64,000 nucleotides of DNA from Cyanophora paradoxa CCMP329 (taxonomy: Eukaryota > Plantae > Glaucophyta), in assembly GCA_004431415.1 (NCBI GenBank), contig QPMI01000563.1, forward strand, positions 124,001 through 188,000, written 5' to 3'. The notes beneath the pieces were generated by a model. That model did no database searches. It had not been told where the DNA came from and saw only the letters and a list, made by a program, of their open reading frames with translations. The translations under genes and the position numbers were made by a program. Below are positions 22,992-33,347 of this stretch, piece after piece (position 1 is the stretch's first letter; the number at the start of each line of letters is the position of its first letter).

Positions 22992-25382
22992 CTAGAAGAG
23001 AACGGCCGCGAGCCCCAGGAGCAGCCACGTGGCGGACAGGAGCCAGGACTGCGCGAAGCTCATGATCAGGATCAAGATTGAAGACCAGCTGCAGGTCATT
23101 ATCAGCTTCACATGCGCCCGTACACGTACCAGAGGCTGGGCAGTCGTGGCGGCGGAGAGGATAGGGACGGGCTGCGCACCGGCCGTCCACGCGAAAGCCT
23201 GCAAATATCAGATATTGGACGTTAGTGAACGTTTCCTCTGTGTGCGAAAATTCAAACATTTGGCTATAGTTTAGTTTTATTCGTTTTTTTATTCGCGAAT
23301 GCGTGCAAGTGGCATGGGCGCACGTTTTTGAGGACGACAGAGGGGAAGCTCCCGGTCGGGCTCGAGATCGTGATCGTGTACGGGACGCCGGTCGCGAACT
23401 GGGAGGCAGACACGTCAGCACGCGCAGCGATCGCGAGCGGAGACTCGACGATCTCGATTTTCGAAGAATTGAAGTTCTTGCATTATGATTAATATTGACA
23501 TGATCGATTTTTGTCGCGCACCTGCAGAAGGGACCGCTGGAAGCGCGCCACCGCGGAGCGCGAAGGCGGCGCTGCGAGAATGAAAGACAGCATTAACGAG
23601 CGGAATTTGAGTACTCAGAATGCGCGAAGAATTTAGCGGAAGCGGCGCACTGAAGCGAATCTCAGTGCTGGATACGACGCGCGCGGATGGGGCCTTGCGG
23701 CTGATGGCGGGAGATTCGGAGCTGATGAAGATTTCGATCGGGTACCCTGCAGGGCGCGCGCAAAACGTCAACGTTAGTGGCAGTGTATACGTAATTCGTT
23801 TAATTTGCAACCGCAGGGATGGCAGCTGCAGTTGAACTAATTCACCGACAGGGAAGCCTTGGCCGAAGATGCTCACTTCACCACCGCTCTGTGTTTCATT
23901 TTGACCGAAGTCAGAGGGTTGTCGGATTTTGCGCGCCCACCGACGCAGGGTCGGACCGCGGGGGCGAAGATGGCGGGGGACGGGAAGGTGATAGTGCCGT
24001 TCACAGCTGTCAGGTTGCCGCCGAGGCCAGTGATGGTCACCTGCGCACACGGGAAAGCCCGGGAAATCGATTAGATCCATCAAATCCACACCAAATTAAA
24101 TCCCATGAAACTTATAAGCCATGTATATTAAAGCTTAAGCGCACGTTGAGGACGATGGGGATGGGCGTCGGGGTGGGGATGGCGCTCGGCGTCGGGGTCG
24201 CGGCAGTCACGTTCGGCGTGGGGGAGGGCGTGGCGGTCGGCGTGGCGGTGGCGTTGCTGAGGGTCGTCGCGGAGGCGTTCTTGCCGGCCGCGTCCCAGGC
24301 CCCCGCGGTGCCCAGGTCCACGTTCGCCGCGTCCAGGAGGCCGTTATTTTTGGTCCCGCTCCACGTCCCGTTCGTGTCCCGCGTCTGCGCATGCGCGCCG
24401 ATCGCGACCGCCCAGAAATATTAATGAATCAAATATTTGAGCTCCGAGCTCGAGACGTCGACGGAACATCGCGCGCGGCCCGCACCTTTCCCCAGCAGAC
24501 GTACGTGGTCGAGGGCTGCAGGCCGCCGACGAGAGCCTCCCAGCGGCCGGGGTTGGTCGCGTTGAGGATCACGCCGGTGTCATTGTAGGCGAGGACGGCG
24601 CCGAGGGTGGGCCCGCAGGTCGCGTTCGCGGCCTGCAGGTCGAACCCCGTCGTAGCCTGAGTGAGAGTGACGCGGATCTGCGGCGCGCGGCGAAGTGTCA
24701 CGCCACGATGATCATGATCAGATTTAGACAGACGTCGACGACGCCCGCGCTGGTGCCACTCAATTCGACGCGGAGGGGGCCCGGAGGCCAGGGGGCCCCC
24801 GGGTTCTGGCTATATATATAAGTATAGAGCTCGAGGCCTGCAGCGCTAGCGCTAGCCGATGCACATGGATCTGCAGCAGCGATGCTGGCGGACTAAAAGC
24901 GAACCTGGGTCGCGCTAATCTGCGCAAGGGAGCGGCGCGGTCAGATTCAATTAAACGCTGCGGTCAGATCTAGAATAGTAGTCCGACGATTGCGATTGGC
25001 CCCAGATCTAGGTGGGCTGGATGTGTGATATCAGCGCACGCGTGGGCGCAGGCTATAGCTAGAGCGAGGCCTTCATTTTTGCAGCCCGCGCGCATGTCGT
25101 GGTCATTCAGCTTGAGGCCTATAGCCCTGGAGCGGCGCCAGGAGCTGACGGGGAGGAGTTTTACCGATGCGCGTGCGGGTCTGAAACGCAGGCCTTTAGC
25201 TAGCGTCGACAGAGGGTCGTCTAGCTCTTTTGATTGCTGCCAGAATGGCGCGCGGCAGATCTAGAGACGAACTTCGGAAGGCGCATGCGCACCGGCGTGA
25301 CAGCGATGTCGGGGGCGGGGCCGACGGCGGCAACGGCGGCGAGCGCCGCGAGGAAAACGATCGCCTGCGCGAGACGACGCAT
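22992..25382 (-). CDS. Secreted/GPI-anchored surface glycoprotein (FN3-like, Thr/Pro mucin stalk, IPT/TIG-like domain)
   Basis: Signal peptide MRRLAQAIVFLAALAAVAA, FN3-like VGGLQPSTTYVCW, ATPTATPSPTP linker, IPT-like GGEVSIFGQGF...VVSSTEIRF and a hydrophobic C-terminus WLLSATWLLLGLAAVLF. Confidence 0.6.
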
Positions 25383-26291
25383 CTTTGGCTGCGTGAACGC
25401 TGGTGGAAGCTGCGGTCGCGCGCAGCTGCTGTTTATCTGAGCTACAAGTGAATGACTTCGGAAGCAGCGCGCGGCCAAAGGGGGTCTACCGGACCAGTTT
25501 TGACCGGACGTCGACACGAAACCGGTTCGCGCGCGAAAATTCCGGAATTTGATGGCACGTGCACGCCGCGCCCGGCCCTAGCTCGCGAACCAAGTGTTGA
25601 AGCTCCAGCTGCAGCCTCTGCAGACGCGTTGAACCAGTTCCGAAGTGGTTCAACGGTTCACGCGCGAGGTATATACGTAGCCGACTTGCTTGAATTTCAA
25701 TTATTTTCATTTAATTCGTATTCGGCGATTCACGTGCACTGCATGAATCGAACTCGAAAATTAAAGGCCGCGAATCATGCATTCAGAGCCCAGATTCCGA
25801 GATTCCGGATCCAGGGGACTTTCCTGCTGCCACAAGCAGGGGGGCAAGCACCCCCGCACCCTTCCATGCGAGTCTTGCAAGTGATATCGATATCGGTTGC
25901 TGCTTCGAACTCTAGATCTAAGCCGCGGCTCACTTTTCAATCATGATCGTAACTTCTAGAATCACACGTAACTGCTATTAATATAGCATATAGTACTATA
26001 GCTAGCTATATAAAACCAGGAAGCATCACGAACGAACGAACTCGTCGCTTCCTAGTTCTCCATTGCAAGCTGAAGAGGGGTTCAGAAAACCTATAGCTAT
26101 AGCTAGGCACGTACGCGTGCACCACATTACTGGCTTGCGCGCTGCGGGCGATGGTGGTGTGCTGCAGCTCGAGCTCGCGGTCGCGACGGCGAGTATGTCA
26201 ATTCATCGATTTTAAGTAGATTTTTAAACACAAAGTTTCGAACAAAATGCGGACAAAGTCGGGTCTTTCAATCGAGCTCGAGGTCTGATCT

Positions 26292-29200
26292 CTACTGCTG
26301 GGTCTTTGATTTCCCCGCTTCCATCTTCTTGTGGGACTCAAACCACTCGCGCTCAAGGCGCTCCCTGCGCGCGATCAGAGGCATCGATATCAGTTGCAAT
26401 TATAATCAGGCTGGATATTAAAGACATCAGCTGCAAGTTGAGCACCGGTCGTCCGGGTGAGCGATGCGTATCAGCGCGGCAGCACGCTCGTGCAGAGATC
26501 GACCCACCTGCTCAGTGCGCATCTTGAGCGGCGAGTGATGAACTCGAGCTCGCGAACCACAAGAACGAACCATTTGAGCGATGCCAAACTCCGTCACGAT
26601 GTAGCCCACGTTCGGTCTGCTCCACGCGCGGCCGTCAATATTCATACTCTCGAGCTCTTTCTATACCCATGGATCCGGACAGCGCCTCCTTTGCGCCAGG
26701 AAGCTGACCTGGAAGTCACGACCCCCGCGCCGGCCGGAAGCGCGGAAACGATGCGCGAAGTCCCCTGCGAGACAGTTGATTATTCGATCATGAAATTAAA
26801 GCGGGTCATGCAGAGACTCGACGCGCGCTTGCCTTGGGGCAGCGCGAGGTGATGGCGATGATGGCCTTGCCGCCCTTTGAGTGCAAGGCGCCGAGCATGA
26901 AGTCCATCTGGCCGCCGACCCCCGAGATGATGCGGTGCCCAATCGAGTCCGCGCACACTTGGCCCGTCAGGTCCACCTGCGCGGGCGTCCCCGGGGATCG
27001 ACTTCTCAGGGCCAGCCCGCAAGTCCTCCGGGGGGAGGGGAGGGGGGGGGTATTCGCCCTCACCTGAGTGGCGCTGTTGATAGCGATGACTTTCGGGTTG
27101 AGGGCAATGACCGTCGGGTTGTTCACGAAATCCTGTCCTTAGAATTCACATGGTGTACGTGCTTGCGTGCACAAGCTATAGCTAGGCAAAGAATGCGAAG
27201 TGCACCACTCCGTACGCTTCGACATCCGAATTGCGGTCAACCCAATCGTAGCACTCTTGTGTCGCGTACACGAACCCCGTGACCGTCTTGCCGGGACGGA
27301 TCACCTTCTTTGAGTTGTTGACGACACCGCGCTTCATGAGGTCGCACAGACCGTCGGACAAGAGTTCTGCTGTATCATCAGAATCGCATTGAAAGTACAG
27401 AATTAATACGAAGCGGAGATCTAGACGTGCCGGTGTGAACTCCAAGGTCCTTGTGAGAGCGTAAAGCGGCGAGCGCTGCCTCTGGAGCGGCTCCCACGCC
27501 GACCTGCAAGGTCGCCCCTGGCGTGCTTGTCAGGCAATCGAAATTGCAGCATTCAATCCGCGCTTGTCTATATATAGGGAGCGCACCGTCCTCGACCATG
27601 GATGCGATGTTGCGGCCAATAGCGTCCTCAATTGAGGAACTCGTTGGATGACGCACCTGGAGACGTTGCGTTAGCAAGCTGCAGCTGGTGAATCCCAAGC
27701 GCAAAACAACTTTACCGGATTCAGCGGTGTTTCCAGTTCGAAATAACGATCAATCTGCCCGAGATCGTTTATAACGGTCGTCGATAAGGAGAGCTTGCAA
27801 ATGGAAGACATGAACCATCGACATGTGCAGTGCCGTTTCCCCTCCAATGCGTGGAACGCGCGGGTTGATCTGTGTGAGAGTTTGCAGCCACAAATTCAGT
27901 CACATTCACATGTAGCTCAAGCTTGCAGAAGATCATAGGGAGAGATGTAGGATTCGAAGTGCGCACAATTGCAATTATTTTCTCCGCCGCTCGCACAGCC
28001 GCCGCTGCGAGTGAAGGGGTGCATCCTAAACTGCGAATCGAATTCAGAGTCGACGTCGACGACAATACTATAGCTAGTGCGGTCACGCACTTGCACCATC
28101 CATTTACATCCGGAGGTGAAACCTGCGACGAAACGAGCACCACGCTCTTCGATTAGTCAATTGTAAATGGAAGCTATAGCTAGCTCCGGATTTAGAACCT
28201 GGACCAAAGCGACGTTCACTGGCCGGTCCTCGCTCAGAGAATGCGCGCAGTCTTGCCTGGTCGTCATGATCAATATATTAATAATTATATAAGGTACATC
28301 GACCAAAATGACAGCATCTAGATCTTGATCTGGGCACACATAAAAGTCGGGACGTAGTCGTTGGTGTCGTAGTCTATGAGTGCTCGAACGTTCCTGTGTC
28401 GGATGGCGATTAGAAATGCATACTGCGCCCCCGTATAATTACAGGAAATGAAGATGGAGCCGCGCCCGGCCCGCGGCCGTTGCGGAAGCAAATTAAAGAG
28501 GCTGACCCGCCGCAAAATAGATTCGCGACTCTGAACGCTTTGCTGCGCCGATACTTCGAAATCAATATTCATTTCATGTCTGGACAAATTAAATATATGC
28601 CGATAAACAAAATATAATGCGTGCGCACGCAAAGTCAGGCTGCCCGTATGGCACATCGCCTCCCCTGTCGACGTCGCGAATCAAACCAGGGCCGGGTTCG
28701 CAAAACCGTAACATGATGCGAGCTCGAGTCGAACAGTATTCGACGTCAGCATCAAGCAGATCAGACGACGCACGTCAGAATATGAACGAGCTCCACGTTC
28801 GAGAGGCGATGTCGGTGCCCAGTGTATAGGCCCCACAGGAGAGCGTTCGGCGTATTGGCGGCGCATTGGACAAAGCAGCGATCCCCGTTCGCCACGATTT
28901 CAACCGCCTCTTCCGTCGTTGCAGCCTTCATCGGCGACTTGCTGCCCCGTAGCGGCGCACGATCCGTGACACAGCCGGCCGCAATCAAGTGCCGGAGTGC
29001 TGGCTCAAGCATCGATATCGGCCCTGCATGCGTATGCACAATTATTTGCGTTTTAAGTTAGCAACGCAACGGCTGATCGCGCGAACGCAATCATGACAGC
29101 GTGAAGCCGCAAACATGTATATATATAGCTATATATATAGCTGCAGCAGGGGTGCGCACCGAAAATGGAAACATCTTTTCCGTTCGCAAAGGGCCCTGAT

Positions 29201-29328
29201 TTTAGAGCACGCACAGGCTGAGATCGCTGCGGGATGCGAAAGCTGGCGGCAGCGGGGACCGCATTCATGCGCGTATACAGTGCTATACCTATAGGCCTAG
29301 GTCTAGGTCTGCTTGGGGCGGCAAACAT
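26292..29328 (-). CDS. Acetyl-CoA hydrolase/4-hydroxybutyrate CoA-transferase family protein (multi-exon, possible organellar presequence)
   Basis: TTEEAVEIVANGDR, VSPPDVNGWC, IGRNIASMVEDGATLQVGVGAAP, DLGVHTELLSDG, INSATQVDLTGQVCADSIGHRIISGVGGQMDF, YIVTEFGIA and ERAAALIRIAHPDDR. Confidence 0.92.
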
Positions 29329-30041
29329 TTTGCTCCGAACTTAACCGCCGATCTTGCTTGCTAAACGTTGACTTGAAAGCTGCTAAACGGTGGCTGTGAA
29401 CTTGAAAGCTGCTAAACGCTACGTATACGTGTACGTGGCTGTGAAAGTAGCTATATCAGCTGCAGCTGCTTCTCAGTGCATGTAACACTACGGTCGCGCG
29501 CACTGCCGCACTGCTGCATGCGCAGTACTAGTGCACTGCTGCCACACTGCTGCCGCACTACGTATACTGCAGTGCACCGCGGCCGGCCGCGGGCCGGGGG
29601 CCGGGGCTGGTCCAAGCCGCTAGCTATCGTACCGGTAGTATAGCCTATATATACCGTGTAACACTTAAATTAACAGCCCGTTAATTAACATGCAGGTTAT
29701 AAAATTTGGACCTCCCGAAGGCTCCCGGGCCCTTAGGCGAGATAACAGAGCCCCAAATTAATTTAACAGACTATGGAAATTCGGGCTTGTATGGGGCGGT
29801 ATCAGCCGCGATAATTGGGGGGGTAGGTTGTATGGGACGACTGTCAGCAGCGAATTAAGCAGAGTCCCAAATATTATTAACAGACTGTGTCAGAATTTCG
29901 GTCTGTTAGTTTGGGACTCTGCTAATTAAGTGAGTACATGTGGCCGGTAATTATATATAATTCACCAAAACAAAAAACGAGCTGTGGGCGCCGGCGGCGC
30001 CGGCGCCGGCGCCGGCGCGGCCGGGCGATGCATCAGTGCCG

Positions 30042-30047
30042 CGTCAC
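30042..30047 (+). repeat. 6-bp target-site duplication CGTCAC (second copy at 57545-57550)
   Basis: gccg-CGTCAC-acacatatg at the left end and catatgtgt-CGTCAC-tgcc at the right end. Six-bp TSDs are typical of Polinton rve integrases. Confidence 0.9.
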
Positions 30048-30121
30048 ACACATATGAATATTCATATTTTAATCCCTCGGCGTTCCGCCTCAGGATTAAA
30101 ATATGAATATTCATATGTGTG
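30047..30121. repeat. Terminal hairpin: 29-bp perfect inverted arms, each containing the palindrome ATATGAATATTCATAT
   Basis: cacacatatgaatattcatattttaatcc-ctcggcgttccgcctca-ggattaaaatatgaatattcatatgtgtg; copies at about 57248-57322 and 57471-57544. Confidence 0.9.
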
Positions 30122-30834
30122 ATTCGATGTTATATCAATAAAATCGATTAATTTATTTGAATTTTCACATGAATTTTCATGTTTTTATATGCATTTTCAA
30201 TTAATTTAATCGATGTTATATCGATAAACTCGATTAATCGATATTGTATCTTAATTGTAGTTAATCGGAATTATATCAATAACTTCGATTGATCTTAATT
30301 GAATCCTAAATGAATCTAATCGGAATTATATCAATAAATACGATTAAATCATGTTCTTTTCCAATTAAATCAATTTAATATTTAATTTTGTTACCATAAG
30401 TGGTCTAAGTTGACTCACTTTTCATAAACATTTTGAACTCTTAGTCTCCTTGAATTTCTTTAGATGACTCAACTTAGTCAACTTATTCAACTTTGTTACC
30501 ATAATCAATCAGGGTGGACTCACTTTTAGATCAACTTTGAAATTTCAAGCAAAATCAACTTGGATTTCAAAAGTGGATCTTCTAAGTGGACTCAATATGT
30601 TCACTTTGTGATACATGTTAGCTCAAATCCTTACTGTTTATGGTCAGGGTTGACTAAGTGGGGGGAGTTGACACATTTTTTGAAATCCTTTTTAGAAAAC
30701 TTTAGGTCCCAAATATTTCCTGTGAAATTTGAGTCAACTCAACCCACTTAGTCAACCCTTGCATTGAATTCGTAACAAAATCCATATACTATTACTACTT
30801 TTACGATTAATATGAGTCAACCTTGAGTCCACTT
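30048..30834 (+). repeat. Left terminal inverted repeat of element 1
   Basis: Reverse complement of 56530-57321 in the segments I compared, apart from a 5-bp indel (ccact) near 56776. Weaker similarity continues for about 30 bp inward. Confidence 0.95.
30647..30758. promoter_or_regulatory. Origin-like cassette: 28-bp inverted arms with GTTGAC repeats around an AT-rich spacer (mirror copy at about 56606-56717)
   Basis: gggttgactaagtggggggagttgacac ... gagtcaactcaacccacttagtcaaccc, with many more TGACTC/GAGTCAAC motifs in 30400-30834. The function is inferred. Confidence 0.5.
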
Positions 30835-31018
30835 TAATTATAGGGTAATAGGGGGAATGAAGGGGAGATGCTTATAAACATAGGAATTATTGAGCCTATG
30901 ATACTTACATAGTCACGCTAGCCTCGTTAAGAGGATTCTGGAACTGTTTTTATCTTTGTTAGTTGATGAGTTGGTGAAGAGATACATGCATTTCAGTGTT
31001 TGTATGGGATTTCATGTT

Positions 31019-31762
31019 ATGACGTCATCATGACGATGCATATGTATATGATATATATGACACACCATTAGACTCGGGAGATCATGACGATCACGGCGAT
31101 ATATATATATACAGTTTTATATGATGCATCATTATGATGCATCATTATAATAAATCATCAGTGTTTGTCTGTATCCCCCTTCAACTTCTCCCCAGGTTTA
31201 CATCACAGATAACATCTCAGATAACATCTCAGATAATATCTCAGATAATATCTCAGATAATACCTCAGATTATACCTCAGATTTTATCTCAGATAAAATA
31301 ATATTTTTTATTCTTAAATTTGCTTGCTTCCTATTGGCTCATGCCACAGAGTAGGGAATTTTCATTAAATGCGCCATAAAATGCGCCATAAAATGCGCCA
31401 TAAAATGCGCCATTAAATGCGCCATTAAATGCGCCATGAAAACCTGGGAATAAACCACAGTGGGGTAAACGATTGTAATGACGTCATAATGACGATGCAT
31501 ATGTATGTGATATATATGACACACCATCGGACTCGGGAGATCATGACGATCACGGCGATATGGTCAGTGTCACATTATCCATGTCGCACTTTTTTTACTA
31601 AATATTATCCATGGCACATTTTTTTGCTATCTAAAGCATTATCCATGTTGCATTTTTTTGTCAACCTTATCCATGGCGCATTTCAATGGCGCATTTTTTT
31701 GTAATGGAGCATTATCCATGGCGCATATTTTTTTTAGGCTATTATCCATGTCGCATTTTTTT
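31019..31762. repeat. Subterminal repeat block: ~85-bp direct repeat (31019-31102, 31478-31561), 12-bp tandems ATAACATCTCAG-like (~31200-31294) and AAATGCGCCATA-like (~31366-31437), and spaced TTATCCATGNCGCAYTTTTT repeats (31573-31762)
   Basis: Directly visible in the sequence. Confidence 0.85.
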
Positions 31763-31959
31763 GGCACATCTTTTATCAACCAATCAGGATTGTCGGCATC
31801 TTCAAACGCTTGTATCTGATCACCAGATTGTCTACTTGCAACGTTCTGCATAGCGTTGTGAAGCGCTTGAAAAGATCTACAAGTTGATGTGTATATCATA
31901 TGCATATATGTACATCACACATACATATATTTGGAAAAAACGAGTTTTCGGCATCGAAA

Positions 31960-33228
31960 CTAGCTAGTTTTGGTCCTTTCTCTTAGTGTTCTTTGAGGTT
32001 TAGGGGCTGTATATGACTCCTTAGTAGTCTGAAAGTCATTATACCATCTCTGGCTATTCACTTCTGAAAGTTTCTGTGTTCCTGCTATGGTGAGCTTTTT
32101 GAGTTCCCTATTAACCTTGCCAGTCTTCTCCTTTCTAGCCTCTATCAAAGGCTTATCTGGGACTTCATTAGCAGCCTCAATGCCCTCTCTCCTTATAGCA
32201 GCATCAACCCTGGCTTCTTCTTTGGCTTGCTCTAAGGCATCTACTGTAGGGGTTTCCAGATACTCAACTGCATTCACAGGCAACAGCTCATGGAAAGCAA
32301 ACCTGTTATCTATGATCTCACCAGTGGGACTCCTTAGCTTAAACTTAAAGCCTTCCCTACTATCAACAGTGTAAACCATCCTAGACCAATTGTTACCCTG
32401 TTTAGCAAAGGGGTTCTTCTCAACTTTCACTCTAACAAACATGCCAGGCTGCATGGTGTCAAGATAAGCTATTGATTTCTTGAATCTTTCATCTTCTAAT
32501 CCCACTATATACCTATAATGCTCCTCTGTAGTTTCGCCTGGCTTCATCTTAGTAGCTGAGTGAACTGTATTATTGTAATTATACTCAATATCACCTAACA
32601 CATCAAAGAATCTAGCTGTGTTATTAGCTATGCAGTAGTTTGTGATCAGTCTCTTAATCTGCTTGTTAAAGGCTTCAATTCGACCTTGGCTTCTGTGGTC
32701 AGCAGTTCCACTCACTTGGTGTTCTATGTATTTACTAGATAAATACTCCTGGAATATTCGATTTTGGAATTCACTTCCAGCATCTGATTGAACCTTTACT
32801 ATGGGTCTTGCCACTCTCATTTCAAGCTGTTTAAATGCAGCTAATGTAGTGAGAGCTGATTTATCCCTTATAGGTATAATATAACCAGTTCTCAGTGTTG
32901 ATTCCATTGCAGTCATAAAAGTATCATAGCCATTGTTTTGTTTCTTATAAGCTGGGAAAAAGAGCAAATCAATCACATAGGTATCAAGGGGTTGCCTGAT
33001 TGGGACCATGGGATCTCTCTTTCTAGATATAGCTGGTGCATTGATCTGAACAACTTCCTGTTTCTTATAGAACTCTTGCAACTGCTTATAGGATTCATCA
33101 GGTAACTCAGCCCTCATAGCTTGAAGCCCTTTGTAACCAGTTCTCACATCATAGAATCTCTTGGCAATCTTGCTAGTTTCTTTCACTGCAATGGCAACTG
33201 GGATCTCTACTGGGACAAGCTCTTTCAT
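31960..33228 (-). CDS. Retroviral-like (rve, DDE) integrase
   Basis: YVIDLL (D), VQSDAGSEF (D), SQGRIEAFNKQIK (E) and YNNTVHSATKMKP, the typical Polinton integrase core. Confidence 0.93.
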   Translation of the reverse strand: MKELVPVEIPVAIAVKETSKIAKRFYDVRTGYKGLQAMRAELPDESYKQLQEFYKKQEVVQINAPAISRKRDPMVPIRQPLDTYVIDLLFFPAYKKQNNGYDTFMTAMESTLRTGYIIPIRDKSALTTLAAFKQLEMRVARPIVKVQSDAGSEFQNRIFQEYLSSKYIEHQVSGTADHRSQGRIEAFNKQIKRLITNYCIANNTARFFDVLGDIEYNYNNTVHSATKMKPGETTEEHYRYIVGLEDERFKKSIAYLDTMQPGMFVRVKVEKNPFAKQGNNWSRMVYTVDSREGFKFKLRSPTGEIIDNRFAFHELLPVNAVEYLETPTVDALEQAKEEARVDAAIRREGIEAANEVPDKPLIEARKEKTGKVNRELKKLTIAGTQKLSEVNSQRWYNDFQTTKESYTAPKPQRTLRERTKTS

Positions 33229-33347
33229 TTCAGACTTTTTAACAATTCGAGATTCCCCTTTTCCTCCTTTGGAATTGTGATAGGCAGTAGGTTACCTTGC
33301 AGTTGCTCAGTGGTTCTCCTAACTATTCTTCCAGTTGCTGGCATCTC

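Noticed and set aside
1-29900. Assigning the host species
   Set aside because: The GC-rich, short-intron style suggests a unicellular alga or protist, but there is no diagnostic marker in the window.
29959-30047. Treating this GC-rich segment as part of the TIR
   Set aside because: The TSD and the analogous ACACAT start of element 2 place the true end at 30048. The match at 57322-57410 is better explained as a copied flank.
31573-31762. CRISPR array or DnaA boxes
   Set aside because: Spacers are only about 10 nt, repeats are degenerate, there are no cas genes, and the context is a eukaryotic virus. TTATCCAT only partly matches a DnaA box.
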